A stretch of DNA of 51,245 nt, counting the filler, from Ionaspis alba (lineage: Eukaryota): the NCBI GenBank assembly GCA_964255285.1. It is 2 parts of 2 records of this genome, joined end to end, with 100 filler letters (N's around TTAATTAATTAA, not from the genome) between each part and the next. Parts side by side here need not be neighbours in the genome. Positions count along the whole stretch, not along the records: positions 25,724 to 51,245 come from CAXUUL010000157.1; 1 more part is not named here. One strand, written 5' to 3'. The position numbers were made by a program, and so were the translations under genes. The notes beneath the pieces are model-generated. The model did no database searches. It was given only the letters and a program-made list of their open reading frames with translations, and was not told where the DNA came from. Positions 50,262 to 51,245 of this stretch are shown one piece after another. Each line of letters opens with the position of its first letter. Position 1 is the stretch's first letter.

Positions 50262-51245
50262 ATGCCTCCCTTCTCTGAGACGAAAGACATTGACGCCGTA
50301 CCAGGCCCCATACACGCTGCCTGTTGCGCCTTCATCCCACTTCATCTGCTGGAGTTCATCGCAAACTCGATGGACGCATCACAAGATGCACGTGATAGTG
50401 CTCGAAACTCCCTTGACCAGACTCGGGCTCAGATAGAGAGCTCCCGTCGCTTTCTTGCCGAAGCAACACTCAAGATTACCAATTTTCACCCGAACTTTCT
50501 TTCGGCTCCGAATCCATACCTCGATCGGTTCCGTGAACCACTCTCACCAGGCGCCAACACCGTTGCTGCTGTGGCCAGTGCAGTGACTGGTGCACTGTCC
50601 TCCGTGACTGGTACTGGCGGTCCTGATAGGGCAGGCGCCGGTACAGGCCCCTCGACGACGACCACTAACGGTTCTGGTAATCTAGGCGCTGGCGCATGGT
50701 CCAGTACAGGCAAATGGTTCACTGACGCTGAATATACGCTTGAAGAAAGGGCCAAGATAGATGCCACCAGAGGCACAGCTGCAAAAACCTCGACACCGAT
50801 CGCGGTGAAACGACAAGTCAACAAATGTGCTAATGACTGGGACGTCCCGGGTGTACCTGTCCGCAAGGAAGGCCAAGCTGAAGTATCCGACGCGGCGGTG
50901 AACGAGGTTTACACTAACCTTGGGATCGCTTGGCAGTTCTTTGCAACGGTTTTCGACCAAGATTCCGTTGACAGTCGAGGCAAGACGCTGATAGGCAATG
51001 TTCACGTCGGATCCGGGCTGGCAAATGCATACTGGAACTTCAAAGAAAGCTAGATGCTTTACGGCGATGGGAATAGGCTTCTCTACCATTTCACCAATAC
51101 CCTGGATTGTGTAGCTCACGAGATCATGCACGGGATCATCGCGTATTCGTGCGGCCTCTACTACGAAAATCAGTCTGGAGCCTTGAATGAATCGCTCTCG
51201 GATTGCTTTGCAATGATGGTCGAGCAATGGTGGGCCAAGAAAAAC
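50262..51245 (+). pseudogene. Protealysin-like M4 (thermolysin family) metalloprotease with an in-frame TAG; runs off the window edge
   Basis: Propeptide motif CAFIPLHLLEFIA, then NAYWNFKES*MLYGDG (TAG at 51051-51053). The same frame continues VAHEIMHG (HExxH) and QSGALNESLSD. No introns in the visible part. Confidence 0.85.

Overview
Intron-containing genomic DNA from a filamentous ascomycete (Pezizomycotina-type GT-AG introns with CTRAC/CTAAT branch points). It holds about 20 protein genes, most of them conserved: Nudix hydrolase, RING protein, PFA5-type DHHC palmitoyltransferase, GYP2/MDR1 TBC GAP, GST, the N-terminus of DNA polymerase eta, an F-box protein, a But2-domain secreted protein, mitoribosomal mS26, NOG2 with an intronic snR191/U19-like snoRNA, PBDC1, an STE6-type ABC exporter and a PY-motif membrane protein. 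There are two assembly gaps. One (25624-25723) is an artificial N44-TTAATTAATTAA-N44 linker, so adjacency across it is unproven. The most interesting signals are: (i) two nearby intronless small genes, each with two W-x-C-x2-C-x12-C-x2-C zinc-finger-like modules around a Ser/Tyr/Pro-rich linker; (ii) a 90-aa secreted Kex2/Ste13-type peptide precursor; (iii) an accessory-looking tail from about 45 kb with a possible transposon end, a decayed gene, an orphan 437-aa protein whose CAGTAG acceptor can act as a stop switch, and an intronless protealysin-like M4 metalloprotease broken by a single in-frame TAG. All family calls come from motif recognition by eye; no database searches were run.
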